The notes under the pieces were generated by a model. The model made no database searches. It had not been told where the DNA came from and worked only from the letters and a program-made list of their open reading frames with translations. This document shows positions 1 through 13,595 of a stretch of DNA of 64,000 nucleotides, piece by piece (the first letter of the stretch is position 1; each line of letters starts with the position of its first letter). The DNA is from Camelus dromedarius (taxonomy: Eukaryota), in the NCBI RefSeq assembly GCF_036321535.1, contig NC_087437.1, positions 105,960,001 to 106,024,000 on the forward strand, in the 5' to 3' direction. The translations under genes and the position numbers were made by a program.

Positions 1-176
1 AAATAAGTAAATTTGTTAAGTGCACCTACACTTTGAGGGTTAAAAAGAAAAGATACACTGTCAGCTACAGTGAAGATAAAAAAAGCACAGAGTTGATGGT
101 GTTATCAGTTTGGAGTTAAAGCAAAAGAAAAATAATTATGAATGCTACAGGAAGATGTTTTTTTCTGTGGAATCTT

Positions 177-192
177 AGTGCCCCCTGCTGAT
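177..192 (-). promoter_or_regulatory. Candidate CTCF site
   Basis: Minus strand reads ATCAGCAGGGGGCACT, close to the CTCF core CCAGCAGGGGGCGCT; motif evidence only. Confidence 0.45.
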
Positions 193-1034
193 CCTCAAAA
201 AATGTTTTACATTCACAGTGGTTCATTTTGTTCTTTCTAGAGAGGTACTTTTTCTATTACAGTATTTCCGTTTCAAACCCAGAGAATCTGTCCTATTTAA
301 GACTCCATCTCAGGAGTATCCGTGTCAGTTATCTGTGGCTTCCCATAGAAAGACAAGTGATGAATCAAAAATGCATGTTTACAACTGTCAAAAGATAGAG
401 GGCCACGAGTTTGAAATTACAACCTGATATTGTAACAGACTGAACTTGTTAGTTAAAAACAATAGTCAAGTCATCACCACGTAGGAAAGAAGACCTTGAT
501 AAAAGTGAAAATACATAATAAAATTATCAGGGACCAAACCCACAATACTGTTTCTGAATTGGATGCTTGTTGAAACAGACTGCTCAGGGTCACTCTAGTT
601 CATCACCAGTCACAAGCACATCAGACATTAAGACACAGCCAGAGACCACACATTCTGCACAATATTCATTTTGTCTGGATTCTAGTCTTCTCTAGTGTAT
701 TATCTCTGAGAGAAGTGTTACTATTCCTATCGGGGAGGTGAGGAAAATGACACTGAAAGCTAATGCAACTTGCTGAAACATTGTACAACCACTTACTGGC
801 AGAAAATCATCTTGGATTATTTTTAGAATGAAATGGGGTATAAATACATCTTCTACACTTATTTCCCACTTCAGTCCAGGTAATTTCAAAGCAACATACA
901 GACAGCTATAAATATTTCAGTATTTATCTCTAAACATAAGCTCTCTTTCAAAAAAAAAATTTAAAATAATGCAGAACAGAAATATGTAACCGTGGTATCA
1001 ATATCCAGGCTCTCTCCATATATTAATCATGTCT

Positions 1035-1515
1035 TATATTTTCTATATTCTAAGGCTTTAACATCTGGGGACTTGCGGACTCTGGAGGGACTGCCCCTCC
1101 CAAGGTTAGTGAATTCCTAGAGATGGTAAACAATTCACTCATGAGTGTACTTTTCAAGTGTAAACCAACCCATCCAGAGCCCATAACCCCAACCACCTCC
1201 TTTCTGGGGCTATCACATGCTGGGTCACTACCCAGCTGCCCATCACTCCAAGGCCAGGGAACAGACAACCAGGGACAGCCCATATGCCCCAGAGTCCACT
1301 GAAATTTTTCAAACTGGCCAATCCCAAATGCACTTGCCTTGCCTGGTGCATTCTTTCCCTTGGAAACCACAATAAAGGCTCTGCCCACTGTTCCCCCTCT
1401 CCCTCTGCCTCCTGACTGACTCCAGTGCTTTCCCATCTCCCTTCTCTTGGGGTCTGTGGGTACAACAAATTGCCTTTTCATTAGCAGTTGTCTGCTGATC
1501 TGTTGGCTCACTCTA
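1035..1515 (+). mobile_element. Solo LTR, MER74-like (ERVL class)
   Basis: acatctggggacttgcggactctggagggactgcccctccc...ttcctagagat...aaaccaacccatccagagcccataccc resembles recalled MER74; AATAAA at about 1371; explains the spurious ORFs at 1050-1511. Confidence 0.65.
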
Positions 1516-2356
1516 CCTAAATAATTTTAAAACCTATTAAAACGCTACTCCACAGCCACAACTCACGGTCTCTTTCCATCACATTTCAATAAGATAAAAT
1601 TGGTATAAAAGAAATCTGTCTTAATCACAGCAATGCTGAATTATGGGGTCAGTGAAGTACAGAGCCCTTTTTTCACGAGTAGACTAAGCCTCTGTCATTA
1701 AATAAAAATGAATGCCAGTTATTTCACAACATTAAATGGGTTCGCTGACATTCTTGGGTGGCAAGAGTCATTTCCCCAAACCATCAGCTGCCACACAATT
1801 CCTGAGCCACAATGACCCCAATCAGTCCCCTCCCACACAGCAGTCAGGCTTTAATAATGGTGGGTTTGAAGATAAAAGATACCATGAAATCAGTCAGGTT
1901 GAGGTGTTGCAGGAAAAGATAAAAGAAGAGAGAGACTTCGAGGTTCAAGTTTCCATATGGCTGAGAAATTGATTTGGTTCAATAATAGAGTTTGATACCT
2001 AATATCAGAGTTCCTTTTACTAGGGACGAAGAAGTCACCATACGAGTTTTCCATCTGCATCATCTCATTTACTACTCACCATTCTTCTATCAGTTAGGCT
2101 TAAATTATCCTTATTGATAGACATGGAGGTGAAGACTCAAAAGACAGTAAGAAACTTGCCTGCCATGTTTCAAGCCCTTGTTCTGACTACACACATCATT
2201 TTCTTCCCACTAAGGCTCAACATGGCCACAAAAATCTCAAATTCTTTAGCCAAAGTTGTTATATTTCCAATAAATATTTGGTATTGGTAATTGGCTATCC
2301 TATTTTTAACAATAAAGTTGAGTGAAGTTTCAGGTGGGGTCCAGTAAAAAAGATTT

Positions 2357-2448
2357 GGGTGGGTAGAGCTCATTGGTAGAGCATGTGCTTAGCACTCACG
2401 AGGTCCTGGGTTCAATCCCCAATACCTCCATTAAAAAAAAAAAAAAAA
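2357..2448 (+). mobile_element. tRNA-Ala-derived SINE (camelid vic-1 type)
   Basis: A-box-like agctcattgg, gcttagca anticodon remnant, B box ggttcaatcc, poly(A) tail. Confidence 0.9.
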
Positions 2449-2629
2449 CTTAATTTTCAGCAAGTATCAAGCTTAATGCCAGTAGGCAATAGTCATCCTC
2501 CAGTGTCCCTATGTAGTATTTTTTCCCATATCTACACAACACCAAGGCAATGTCTACACTTGCTAAATCATATCACTCTCTCTAGTACCTAGATTCAGTC
2601 CAGCACAGGGACATCCCCAACCCAGAACA

Positions 2630-2876
2630 TGTTAGCCAGATATAAGGAAGAAAAAAAGGGGACATCCAGTGAAATTTGAATTTCAGCTGATAAGGTTTAG
2701 GATAAGTATATCCCATGCAATATTTGGGATATGCTTCTACCAAAAAAGCATTTGCAATTTATCTGGAATGCTACTTTAACTATGTTTCATACTTAAAACA
2801 TATTTATCTGAAATGCTAATTTAACTGTATTTTTATACTGAAATACAAACTTATCTGTATTTTATCCAGCAACCCT
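2630..2876. mobile_element. MER53-like palindromic hAT MITE with an internal tandem duplication
   Basis: ccagtgaaatttgaatttcag, central tcccatgcaatatttggga, terminus ttttatccagcaaccct. Confidence 0.75.
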
Positions 2877-3484
2877 AGCTCAAGATCTTCCCAAAAACCT
2901 GAGTTTCTTCTGTGGTCTCAGCGGGAAATGATTCTATGCTGAGAGAGAAGGACAAATCCAGAACCCTGGTCCCCACACATTTTCTGAAATAAATAGTAAT
3001 TATTAATCATAACTAATAATAATATAATAATTAATTTTCTAAAATAAATTAAATTTAAAATGTTATGAGGCTCCTCTAGACCACATATGGGGACACTTTC
3101 ACATCTGCAGCCTATCCTGTTTGGGACAGGAAATAATTGGGATAACCTAGAACCACATGAACTCCCAAAGCAGTAAAGGGAAGATGGCATGATTATTTAT
3201 TTCATTATCTCATTCCTTCTTTCAACAAGGCTCACTGAATTTCAGACTTAGCATTTGATGCCTTCATGAAAGATGGATATGAGAATATAAGAAAGACATC
3301 AGAGAAGACAGAAAAGAACAATAATTATCATTAAGTAAATCCAGAAACCAATAAGTTGCATGTAATATACCACCTTTAATAATACATCAAAGTAGTTTTT
3401 GTTGTATATATTGCTCAAACTTTTTTAAAGGAGCTTTATTTCTGAATCCAGGGTTTAAAGGATACCTTAGCAATTTTTTGCGTC

Positions 3485-3622
3485 TTTTTTTTTTTTTTTT
3501 TTGGTAGTTTCTCTTTTTTTTAATTCTTTTTTTTTTTTTTTTAATGGTGGTACTGAGGATTGAACCCAGGACCTTATGCGTGCTAAGCATGTGTTCTACC
3601 ACTGAACTACACTGCTTCTCCC
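3485..3622 (-). mobile_element. tRNA-Ala-derived SINE (vic-1 type)
   Basis: Reverse complement of the SINE body (ggattgaacccaggacc...gctaagca...ctaccactga) preceded by compound poly(T). Confidence 0.9.
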
Positions 3623-5169
3623 TTATATTGCTCTAATTTTAAATCACATTTCCTAATGACGAACAGTTCAGAGCATTATTATTTTAGAGAAAGTGGCGTT
3701 TATATTTCAGACTATTTGGAAAAGGCTTATATTTAATGTACTGTAATATTTCTGAATTCTTCTTGTGCTGACTTTAGCCTCTCTGCATACTGGATTTTCC
3801 TGGACCCACAAGACATAGGAGCACTCTTTTTGTTGATGTTGTTTCCTGTGAGAATAATTCACTTTTTAAAGAAAAATATAATTTATTTATCAGAATTCAG
3901 ACTGCTATTGCTGCACATTACCTGCAAATATTTTATGAGGTCTTCATTTTTTTTAACTTTGAAAATTCATAACCTTGGTTCACAGAGGGTGAAACCCTTT
4001 AACTGAAAGACGAAAATGACAGCTACAGTCTCATACAGAGTGTTAAAAAGGATTCTGACGTGAGGGAATACTGGTGGTTTGGTGACATCCATCTTAGTAT
4101 GTGTTTCCAGAACAGTAAATATCACACTGTTCCACTTGCCAAAATGTCATGAATTTAAAGCTGGCCTCAGAAAATATAGTCAGTGCTGGCTGTGCAATTT
4201 CCTTTGAATTAAATGGAAGAACAATATTACATGCTCTCTTTTGTGTAAGACTGCTATTAATAAAGCAATTTAAATCAAAGTCAGTTTCCTGGGCAGATCA
4301 TATACACAGAATACCTGATTTCAGACTCTCAACTAGTAAGCCAAAGAAGACATTTAAAGGGATTTTGGAAAGCAAATAGCTTCTTATAATTGACTTGTAA
4401 AAATCCAATTTAGAACCCCCTCACCCCTCGACTCAGGAAGATCACGGTCCAAGATCCTTCCATAAGTAAGATGAGCGGAGTGAAGGCAGTACTAGGAACA
4501 TATTCACCATGTAAAACAATGAATAAGAATATCTAAAATTGGGAAACAGATACCAGAGATTTAACCAAATACTTCAAGTTTGATAGTGAGGTTATTATCA
4601 CAAAAGTTGTCCAAACGTTAACAGGAAACATCTTTTGGAAGGAGTAGCATGCTGGGACTCTGGCAACTTAAGATTGTTTGTACAAGATAGCCTTGAAAGC
4701 AACTTCCAACCTTGAGGTTCCATGATTCCCTCATTGTCAGAAAACTCTCACCATACGTTTCAGGCCACATTCAGAAGATGAGAGAAAAATTATTCACATT
4801 TGTAAAGAAGTGCTTTTTTGTAACTGACATATCTTTTTAAATCACTTACATTCACTTCTATTTTCTGTGTATATATATTATCCCAATATTTTGTTTCAGA
4901 GAGAACTAAGATTCAAGTGTTATTAATGGACTTTTATAAGAATTAAAGTTAATATAGAGCTATGCTATTACAATTATTTGATGTATCATATTATTTTCCA
5001 AGTGTTCACAATCCTTGGGATATTAATCATCAAAGAAACCCTGATTCTTCTTCCTCTTATCCTGTGGACACACAGTTCTAGGAATACCATCAAATATCTA
5101 GTTTACCTCTCTGCCTTATATGCAAAACAATATAAATGTTCTGTTGGTAACTGTTCCTATGGCTTAGAA

Positions 5170-6595
5170 TAGCAGTTTTCAAACTATATTCCATGGATCT
5201 TGAGTTCCTTTCAGAGGATCAGTGAAGTTAAACTATCTTCCAATAATACCAAGATGTCACTTGTCATTTGCCGTTTTTACTATATTGACATTTGCACTGC
5301 TGCTGCAAAAGCAATGGTGGGTAAAACTGCTGATGCCTTAGCATGAATCCAGACAGTGGCCCTGAGTATGGTCATAGTCATTGTTTGTGTCAGAAAATTT
5401 TTTAATTAATTAATTTCATTTAATTTTTTAAAATTTTAAGCCAGTTTTACTTAAGAACATTGTGGATGATGCAGCTAAAAAAAAAATTAATTTTAAGTCT
5501 CAACTTTGAGTTGAGGTCCTTTTAGATATTTTATGTGATGAAAAGGAAAGTATGCAAAAGATAATCTTGCTCATAATAAACTATGATGATGTCACCAAAA
5601 ACCAGCTGGCAGTTGTTTAAGTTGCTAGCTGAACTAGCTGACTTTTGAATAGAACCGTTTTTGCCTGAAAGAATGACTGACAAACTATATTTATTCTGAA
5701 CTGGGAGATTTGGCAGATACTTTCTTGAAAATGAACTTAATAAGCCTGTCACTTGAAGGAAAACAACTAACAGTATTTGGTACCAGTGATAAAATTCCAT
5801 TTTTGAGCAAAAATTAGAATTTTGAAAACCCTGTATTCAGATGGCAATGAGCTTAAAAGCTTCACAATACTGAAATACATTCTGATGAGACTGGTTGTTG
5901 ACATTAATAAGCATGATTTTTATATTGTGTAATAAAATATACCAAAGCTTAGAAGTGCATAACTTAGAAACCAATATTTTTCCAAATGACCAACACATCA
6001 TGCCACAAAGTTATGTGGAGGTAGAAGATATGTTCAAAGGGCAAGAGAGACCAGTGGATTTTAAAGTAAGAGAGTACATAAAATTTATTTATATGATTTC
6101 ACATTCCACATTGCAACTGAGTTTTAATAAACTACCACTTGAGCTTTGGTGGACTATCAAAAAAAATCAATAATTATCTGAAAAACATATTAAAATAATT
6201 CTCCCTTCTCCAAAATTTATCTGTGTGAGACCAAATCTTTTCATATACTCCAACCAAAATATAGTGCAACAGATAGATTGCAGAACTAGATATGATCATC
6301 CAACTGTATTGAGCCAGACACTAAAGAGACGTACAAAATGTGAAACAATGCAACTCCTCTTGCTAAAATTGCATTTGTTTTGGAAAAGTCATTATTTCCA
6401 CAAAAAGATTTGATTTATATTAACACATGTTTACTTTTAAGTTATTAATAAATAAATATTTTTAATTTCTCAGTTTTAATTTCTAATTTGCTAAGTACCA
6501 ACAGATATAACCCATATAACAAAAAAGCTCTTTGGAGGTCCTCAATAATTTTTAATAGTGTAAAGGAAACCCAAGAACATCTAAAAACTTTTGTT
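5170..6595. mobile_element. Charlie1a-like hAT DNA transposon fossil (~1.4 kb)
   Basis: Starts cagttttcaaact; internal gcaaaagcaatggtgggtaaaactgctg; end segment tttctcagttttaatttctaa...agctctttggaggtcctcaataatttttaa matches recalled Charlie1-family ends; no intact transposase ORF. Confidence 0.8.
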
Positions 6596-6723
6596 CTAGA
6601 ACAATGTGGAATTTTCTATTAACTAAGTTACTATAAGAACTATGAGAAGCTGTATTAATTTTTAAAATATTATTTGCACTAGTAAAACAATAATTTACTC
6701 CATATTATCTCAAGCAAGTGCCC

Positions 6724-6725
<2 letters not shown>

Positions 6726-6773
<48 letters not shown>
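6726..6773 (+). repeat. (GATA)12 microsatellite
   Basis: 12 perfect GATA units counted directly. Confidence 0.97.
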
Positions 6774-6774
<1 letters not shown>

Positions 6775-7459
6775 ATTCTCCTAATATATTTGGGGTTTTT
6801 TTAAGTCTTTCCATTTACATTAACCAACTCAGGCTTCTCTTCTCTATAAAATATCCCAGTTCTTCTCTGCTCAACTGACCAGTTAGAAGTGAAATTATTC
6901 ACTTTTGGAAGAAAGGTACTAAGAGGGGCCAGTTTCTAGACAAATGCTTCCCAAGGAGTATATGATCACACTCTCCAGCTTGCTATGCAGTAAATGCTGA
7001 CTCACCTTCCAGCCACAGTGTGCAGCTTATAAAAAGATGTCTCCAGGCCAATGTAGGTGAGATTCTACTACTGCCTTGAGATGGGGGTGACGGTTCATCT
7101 ACTGGTCACTTCCACTTCCTCTGAGAAACAATGGAGGGAGAGATCAGAGTTCTCAACAATGGTAAAAGGGAAGGAAGGAGAAGAAAGGATAAGCAAAAAA
7201 CAAAGAAAGGCATATGGGAAATTCTAGGGAAAATAATTCTTAGTCATCTGCCATTTCTTCTTGTGAAAACAGAACTGAGGATCCAGTACTGAAAGCTGGA
7301 TTGTTCTTTCCCCTCCCCCACTCCACCATCAACATCCACCAAGCTGTCCCTGCTTCACTTTGTTTCTTCTACACTCTCCTTAACTCCTTTGTCTTCACCT
7401 GTTCTTTTCCTAGTGCAAAGAATTTTTCTGTCATGTATTCTCTCTTTCTCTATGTCTAA

Positions 7460-8900
7460 AGTAGTACCACAGAGAAGAAGAAAAAGAATAGGACAGAAAA
7501 AAATAGAGAGAGAAATAATGGCCCAAAATTTTCCCAGTCTAAGGAAGACATTAATTTACATTATCAAGATACATAATGAGTATCAAGTAAATTAAACACA
7601 AATCAAACCTACTGAGGCACATAATAATTAACCAGTTGGGTAAAAGTAATACTGAAAGCAGAAAGAGAAAGTGACACATTACATAAAGTGTAAAAGTGAT
7701 TCAACAGGAAAGAACTATGGAAACCGGAAGTAAGTAAAATGAAATCTTCAAAGCGCTGAAAGGAAGAAAAGAAAAATCTGTCAATTAGAATTCTACATTC
7801 AGTAAACATGTAAGAATAAAGGCAAAATAAACATTTTCTGATAAAATAAAAATAAAAGATTTTCACCAGCAGATCTGTAACACAAAAAAGGAGAAAAGAG
7901 TTTTTCATGCTGAAAGGAAATGATACCAGATGGAAACACAAATGTTGAGAAAGAAATGAAGAAAATGGGAAATGATAGATATTGGGTTAATTTTTAAAAA
8001 GTTTGTTTTTCTTTATTTTTCTTAATTTATTTATTGCATATATTGGTTTAAATCAAATGCTACAGTATTGTCTTCTGGTATTTATAATATGTGAAGAACC
8101 AATGTATGTAATAACTATAGTATAAAAGCTGGGGAATGTGGACCTATATGGTTTCATTACTACATAAGGCAGTATTAACTGGAAATGAAATGTTAAAGAT
8201 TAAAGGTACATATTAGAATTCCTGGTTCAACCAGTAAGCCGATGACACAAGACGTATAGCTAAAATATCGATAGGAAAATTAAAAAGAATTTATGACATT
8301 TTAAGTAATTCAAAAAATGGCAGGAAAGAAATAACAGAGGATTAAAAACAAACAAAACTGATGACTTTTTTTAAAAAAGAGTAAAATGATAAACCTAAAC
8401 TTGATCATATCAATAATTAGATTAGATACTAATGGAATAACAATTAAAAGGTAAAGATTTCCAGAGTGGAAAAAAATGATACTCAACTCTATTCAGCTTA
8501 TAAAAAATGAACTTTGACTTTATAGATGCAGCCAAGATGAAAAATAAATGGATGGAAGAAGATATTCCGTGCAAACAGTAATCATAAGAAGAATGCAGTA
8601 GCCGTATGAATGTCATAGAAATTTCGTCTAAAGTTATTACCATTGATAAGGAAGCTATTTCATAATGATAAAAGTGTCAACTCATGAAAAAACATAATAA
8701 AAATGTGTATGTTTTTAATATCAGAGCACCGACATACAGATGCAAAAATTAACAGGATAAAAAGGGGAAAATAGACAAATTTACAATCAGAGTTGAAGAT
8801 ACTAAAATTCCTATTTTAGCAATGGATAGATCAACTGGACAATAAATCAGCAAGGACACAGAAGATGTGACTAACACCACTAAGTGCACTGACCAGGATA
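7460..8900 (+). mobile_element. Ancient L1 (L1M-type) fragment, ORF1 through the ORF2 endonuclease region, degenerate
   Basis: A-rich; gaaataatggcccaaaattttccca (EIMAQNFP, ORF1-like); tagaattctacattcagtaaa; aatggatagatcaactggacaataaatcagcaaggac (EN-like); many stops. Confidence 0.75.
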
Positions 8901-9139
8901 CCTGCAGCTAAATTTACATTTTCAACATGAAGGATGATATATCAGAATCAAATTTTGACAATAGTCATACTAATTTGCAATAGCTTATTTCTAAATATAT
9001 CAACAGAGTGTATATTTCCATTCAAGTTATTTCAAAAGCATTTAAGGCATAATCAAGAATTAGAGATGGTCCACTATAATGAATTAAATGCAGATCATCC
9101 CCATAACTCAGCACTGTTGCACGTATCACAGAGAAGTTA

Positions 9140-9310
9140 ACAATGTGGGCTCTAAAACCAGACAGATTTAAAAAAAAATCCCAGTTCTTCCTCTTCCTAG
9201 TTACATGGCCTTGAGTGGATTACTTCATCTCCTATGATCCTTCACTTTCTCTTCTGAAAGTGGAGATAATGATAGAACACGTATCATGGAGGTAAGCAAG
9301 ATATTAACAT
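9140..9310 (+). mobile_element. MIR SINE fragment
   Basis: gggctctaaaaccagacag...ggccttgagtggattacttcatctc...gtggagataatgatag core. Confidence 0.65.
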
Positions 9311-10429
9311 CAAAGTATTGCAGCTGTCACTGTGTAATTATCAAAAACAGAAGCCAAGTTTGCCTTGCATTTCAAGAAATAAGTGAATTTCGATTTGGAA
9401 AGTGTAGATGAATCCAACATGTCACAATCGCAAGGAGCCTTTTAAAACCATTGAAGTCACTGGAGGATTATCCTGCAAAGCTACTGAGATCAGATCTGAA
9501 AAGTTCAAATCTTTACAGAAAAACTGAACCCCCTATGGTTCAGGAGTCTTTGCCTGGAAATACATATGCCTGAGTAGAGTTTCCAATTTGTTTCTTTTTT
9601 GAAATGTGTCCAGTTTCCCCTCCATTGCATCCATATATCTCTTATTTCTTTCCCCAGGTTGACAAAGAATATTGATTTTGGTTGCAAGAGAGTTCTCTCC
9701 AGAGAGGTCAGAGGGGTTTATAATTTTTTTTTTCTTTTGATACTGTCTGTTTTAAAATGTCACTTAAGCAGTTTGCTTTTCTGGGCACTAAATTTAACAC
9801 ATGAAATAAAAAATAAATTACTTAGGACCAGTAAGCGGGGGTAAAAAGATGACACAAGTGAAGACGACCTGCCTACTGATGGCACTGGAGTACGAAGCGT
9901 TTGTTTTTTCCCTCTGGGCTGGCCTTTCAAGCAACTTACAGGTCAGTTCTTTAAAGAACTTTCCCGAGAATCTTATTGTTTCCACTAGGTTTTTCCAAAC
10001 TGACAAAATTTAGAGCAGGACTGCCGTTGATACTAACCAGGAAAGTCTTCTTTAAAGTTTAAGTATCTTTTTTCTTTTCTAGCATTTTCTCATTATAATG
10101 AATTCTCCAAAGAAGAATATTCAACTTCAGGGATGAAAAAGAATAGTTGAATATGTTCAGGGGTTTTTTTTTGTCAATAAAGCCTCTTTAAATTGCTTTC
10201 AAGACAGAAGTAAAAGATGAACTCTATGTATACTTGTTTTTCATTTCAAATAAACTTGTTTAACAGAATTTCACAGCCAGGTCACTGGTGGTTCATTTTA
10301 TGAAACATGAGTGTTCATACTAAAAGAATGTTTACCGAGAAAAAAGAGCATTGCTCCATCATAATTTGGAAATGCCTCAAGGCTGCTTGTAAAGCCACAA
10401 GTTTCTCATTCTTTGTTAATGACCAGGAC

Positions 10430-10602
10430 ATAATGTGAATATGGACTATCGGTGTCAGAATTATTTGGGGGACTTGTTAAAAATAGTCATGTGATGAATC
10501 TTTATTTCTCCAAGTCAGAATCTCTAGGAATGGGTACCTGCAATCTATATTTTTGCCAATATCCCCAGACAATGTCCATTCAAACCAAAGTTTTAGAACT
10601 TC
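10430..10602. mobile_element. MER5-like hAT-Charlie MITE
   Basis: tcagaatctctaggaatggg...aatctatattttt...aaagttttagaac. Confidence 0.55.
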
Positions 10603-10810
10603 TATTCAAGGAGATTTGAGGGGTGACAGGGGAACTTGGAAGTTTGCAAAGCAGCCATTCATATAATGGGAGACAAAGGAAAAAGATTTTATAATTTTTT
10701 CAATACATTTATCCCCAATTTTCAGTCATCATCACATAGGCTAGAAAAGAACACAGCTAATATTTCTAAATAATAGTGAATACTTTTATGTCATTAACAA
10801 AACCAAAGTA

Positions 10811-10939
10811 GGGGAGGAGGGTACAGCTCAGTGGTAGAATGTGTGCTTAGCATGCACAAGGTCCTGGGTTCAATCCCCAGTACCTCCATTAAAAAATGAA
10901 TAATAAATAACCTACCACACACTAAATAAATAAATAAAA
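10811..10939 (+). mobile_element. tRNA-Ala-derived SINE (vic-1 type), best-preserved copy
   Basis: gggtacagctcagtggtagaatgtgtgcttagcatgcacaaggtcctgggttcaatccccagtacctcca followed by an A-rich (taaa)n tail. Confidence 0.93.
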
Positions 10940-12924
10940 TCAGGGTACAAATCATTTTAAAAATAATAATAATAATTTGTGAACTCTCAAAGCCAAAAAT
11001 GAAAAAAGTTAAGGTCTGGAAATCAAGTGTTATTAAAGAAAGTAGAGCATGAGAGAGATTTCTCTGATATGTAAACATCTAAGAAATTTCTTCTTAAAAT
11101 TACTGTAAAAATACTCCTTTATATTCCAACACCCAACATGTCATGTATTTCCCATCAGGGAAATGGTGGTGTTGAAGGATGGAGGCTCAGTTTCCCTTAT
11201 ACTGGCAGAGTTTGAAGTTTATGTAAGTTTTTTTAAAAAACTATAAATAATTTTAAAACTATTTACTCTTTGATTTGTACTACCTTCTCAATCTTTAGCA
11301 GCTAAGCCACAATCAGTATAATGAAAGCAAATTATGAAATGCACGTGGACATGCACAGAGCCTCAAAATACTATACGTAATTACAGAAACCACATAGGTA
11401 AAGAGACTATGCCTCTGGCTGTCATTTATTTATAATTTGCTGTTGTAAAATCCTGCAGGGTATTGCCCAGTACTGCAATGGGTGTTTTTCTAAGTTAAGA
11501 CTAAGCTATTTCTAATAGTGGCTCGCATATGTTAATAAAACACCTAAAAGTAAAATGCTCTTGTAAACTGAGAAGCATGTGTATTTCATTTCAGTGCATA
11601 GTATGTATTAACTTATGTTAATTAGTATTAATACATTAATTTAAGAAAGCAAAAAACAGCTATGGTTTACTAAGAATTTTATTAAATCTCGGTTCTTAGT
11701 AAATGAAAAAAGATGTCAAATAGCCATGCTGTCTTACTCAGAAAAATCTCATCTCCCTGCACCAGTAATGTACTTTGTTCCATCCTAGACTTCACAAGCT
11801 AAACTGATTAGCAGCTCCCGGAGAACTGTGAGAATTATTCAAAAGAACTAGAAGAGAGAAAACAGGATGTTGTGAAAAAGTCACATAAAGAACAGTGTAA
11901 TATACTTAGGGACTTTGCATCCTAGAGCTCATAAAATGGAAAAGAAAATCCATTGCCTTTTCTCTCAGCTCAGTGAGGACACTTTATCAAACATTTCTGA
12001 AAGTAGGACATCCCACTGGTTTTATCTTATTAAACAAGGAATAGAACACATTGCTTTATTACAGTTGTTCCAAGAAAGCATCGAAACTGAGGACTCTCAG
12101 CACAGAAACTAAAGAAGTGAAAAAAAATCACAACTGCTGTATTCCCCTCCTCCAAAATAATAGGTTATAATTAACGTAGGGTTGAAAGACAACTGATAAA
12201 AATATGACTAAATCACATACGAAAGTCGCTGAAGTGTTTAACTTCTTCCCTGTAACCACAATCTCATGACAATCCTGATTACTGAATAGCTTCTCTTTCT
12301 CATTTAAAATAACATAATAATTGTTGGGAAATAACTCCCAGAAATTATAAGAGCTATGGCTACATCATGCACTCAGTCTGGGTGGCTTTCTGATCAGGAC
12401 TAACTACATGAAACCCATACCTCAGTCACCATTTTGTTTATTCAGTAGGGTCGCAAATGTGAATTCAAGCAAGAATTAATTCAGTTACATTTTCTTCCTG
12501 AAGAAATTAGAAGTTTTAGGCAGACAGTAGGTCACAATTTGGCCTGTGTGTCTGTCCAAAGATTTCAGAGCAACCAGCCCTATTACGGGTTCAGGTGGTG
12601 ACTCTGACTCACTCCCATGGGCACAGCTGCCCACGTGTTTCCTTGGCTTCTTGTCCCTGGCCAGTCTCTTCCCAGTCCCAACTTGGTGATGCTGAAGACA
12701 TGTGTGAGGATTATTCTTGTCTCCCATTATTTGAGCTCATCTCTGCCAAAACAGATTTTTTTTTTATTCAGCATATAAAAATATAATAAAATAAAAAGAG
12801 AAATAAGAAGTTCATACTTTTACTTTCCCCCTAAGCTTGGGATGGAAACCAGGGTATGGTAATAAATACTTCATTAGTGGGACTGATGGTACAATGTCAT
12901 GATTAAGAACATAGGTTCTGCATT

Positions 12925-13375
12925 TAAAAAAAATAAAATAAAATAATGCCATTTGGAGCAACATGGATGGAACTGGAGAGTCTCATACTAAGTGAAGTAG
13001 CCAGAAAGAGAAAGAAAAATACCATATGATATCACTTATATGTGGAATCTAAAAAAGTTACACAAATGATCTTATTTACAAAACAGAGACAGACTCACAG
13101 ACATAGAAAACAAACTGTGGTTACCAGGGGACAAAGAGGGAATGGAGGGATAAATTGGGAGTTCGGGATTTGCAGATACTAACTACTATCTATAAAATAA
13201 ATAAACGACAAGGTCCTACTATATAGCACAGGTAACTATATTTAATATCTTGTAATGGCCTATAATAAAAAAGAATATGAAAAGGACTATATATGTATAT
13301 AACTGAATCACTATGCTGTATACCAGAAATTAACACAGTGTTGTAAACCGACTATACCTCAATTATTAAAATAAT
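12925..13375 (+). mobile_element. Young cetartiodactyl-type L1, 3' end
   Basis: ataatgccatttggagcaacatggatggaactggag...aaggtcctactatatagcacagg; flanked by exact ataggttctg TSD at 12911-12920 and 13380-13389. Confidence 0.9.
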
Positions 13376-13399
13376 ATATATAGGTTCTGAAAGTAGAAA

Positions 13400-13575
13400 A
13401 TTCATTGCCAGGTGCTGGAGGGGTGGCGGAAATAGGGAGAGATTGGTGGAATGTGTACCAACTTCCAGTTACAGGATGATTAAGGTCTGGGGATCTGTCT
13501 AATGAAAAACTTAGAAACTATAGTTGATGATAACACTGCACTGTATAATTGAAAATAAATAAATAGATAAGTAAA
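13400..13575 (+). mobile_element. Older L1MA-type 3' end fragment
   Basis: ttccagttacaggatgattaaggtctggggatct...tatagttgatgataacactgcactgtataattgaaa plus A-rich tail. Confidence 0.7.
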
Positions 13576-13595
13576 CAAACTTTCACAAAGTGAAT

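Noticed and set aside
1050..1511. 153-aa minus-strand ORF
   Set aside because: Lies wholly within an LTR; no recognisable protein features
6998..7010. Consensus minus-strand donor AAG|GTGAGT
   Set aside because: Isolated; I could not pair it with an acceptor and open frame, and such matches are expected by chance in 64 kb
11810..11925. Exon-looking charged peptide (QLPENCENYSKELEERKQDVVKK)
   Set aside because: Frames from the nearest acceptor-like AG hit stops quickly, no good donor, and A-rich composition explains the K/E bias
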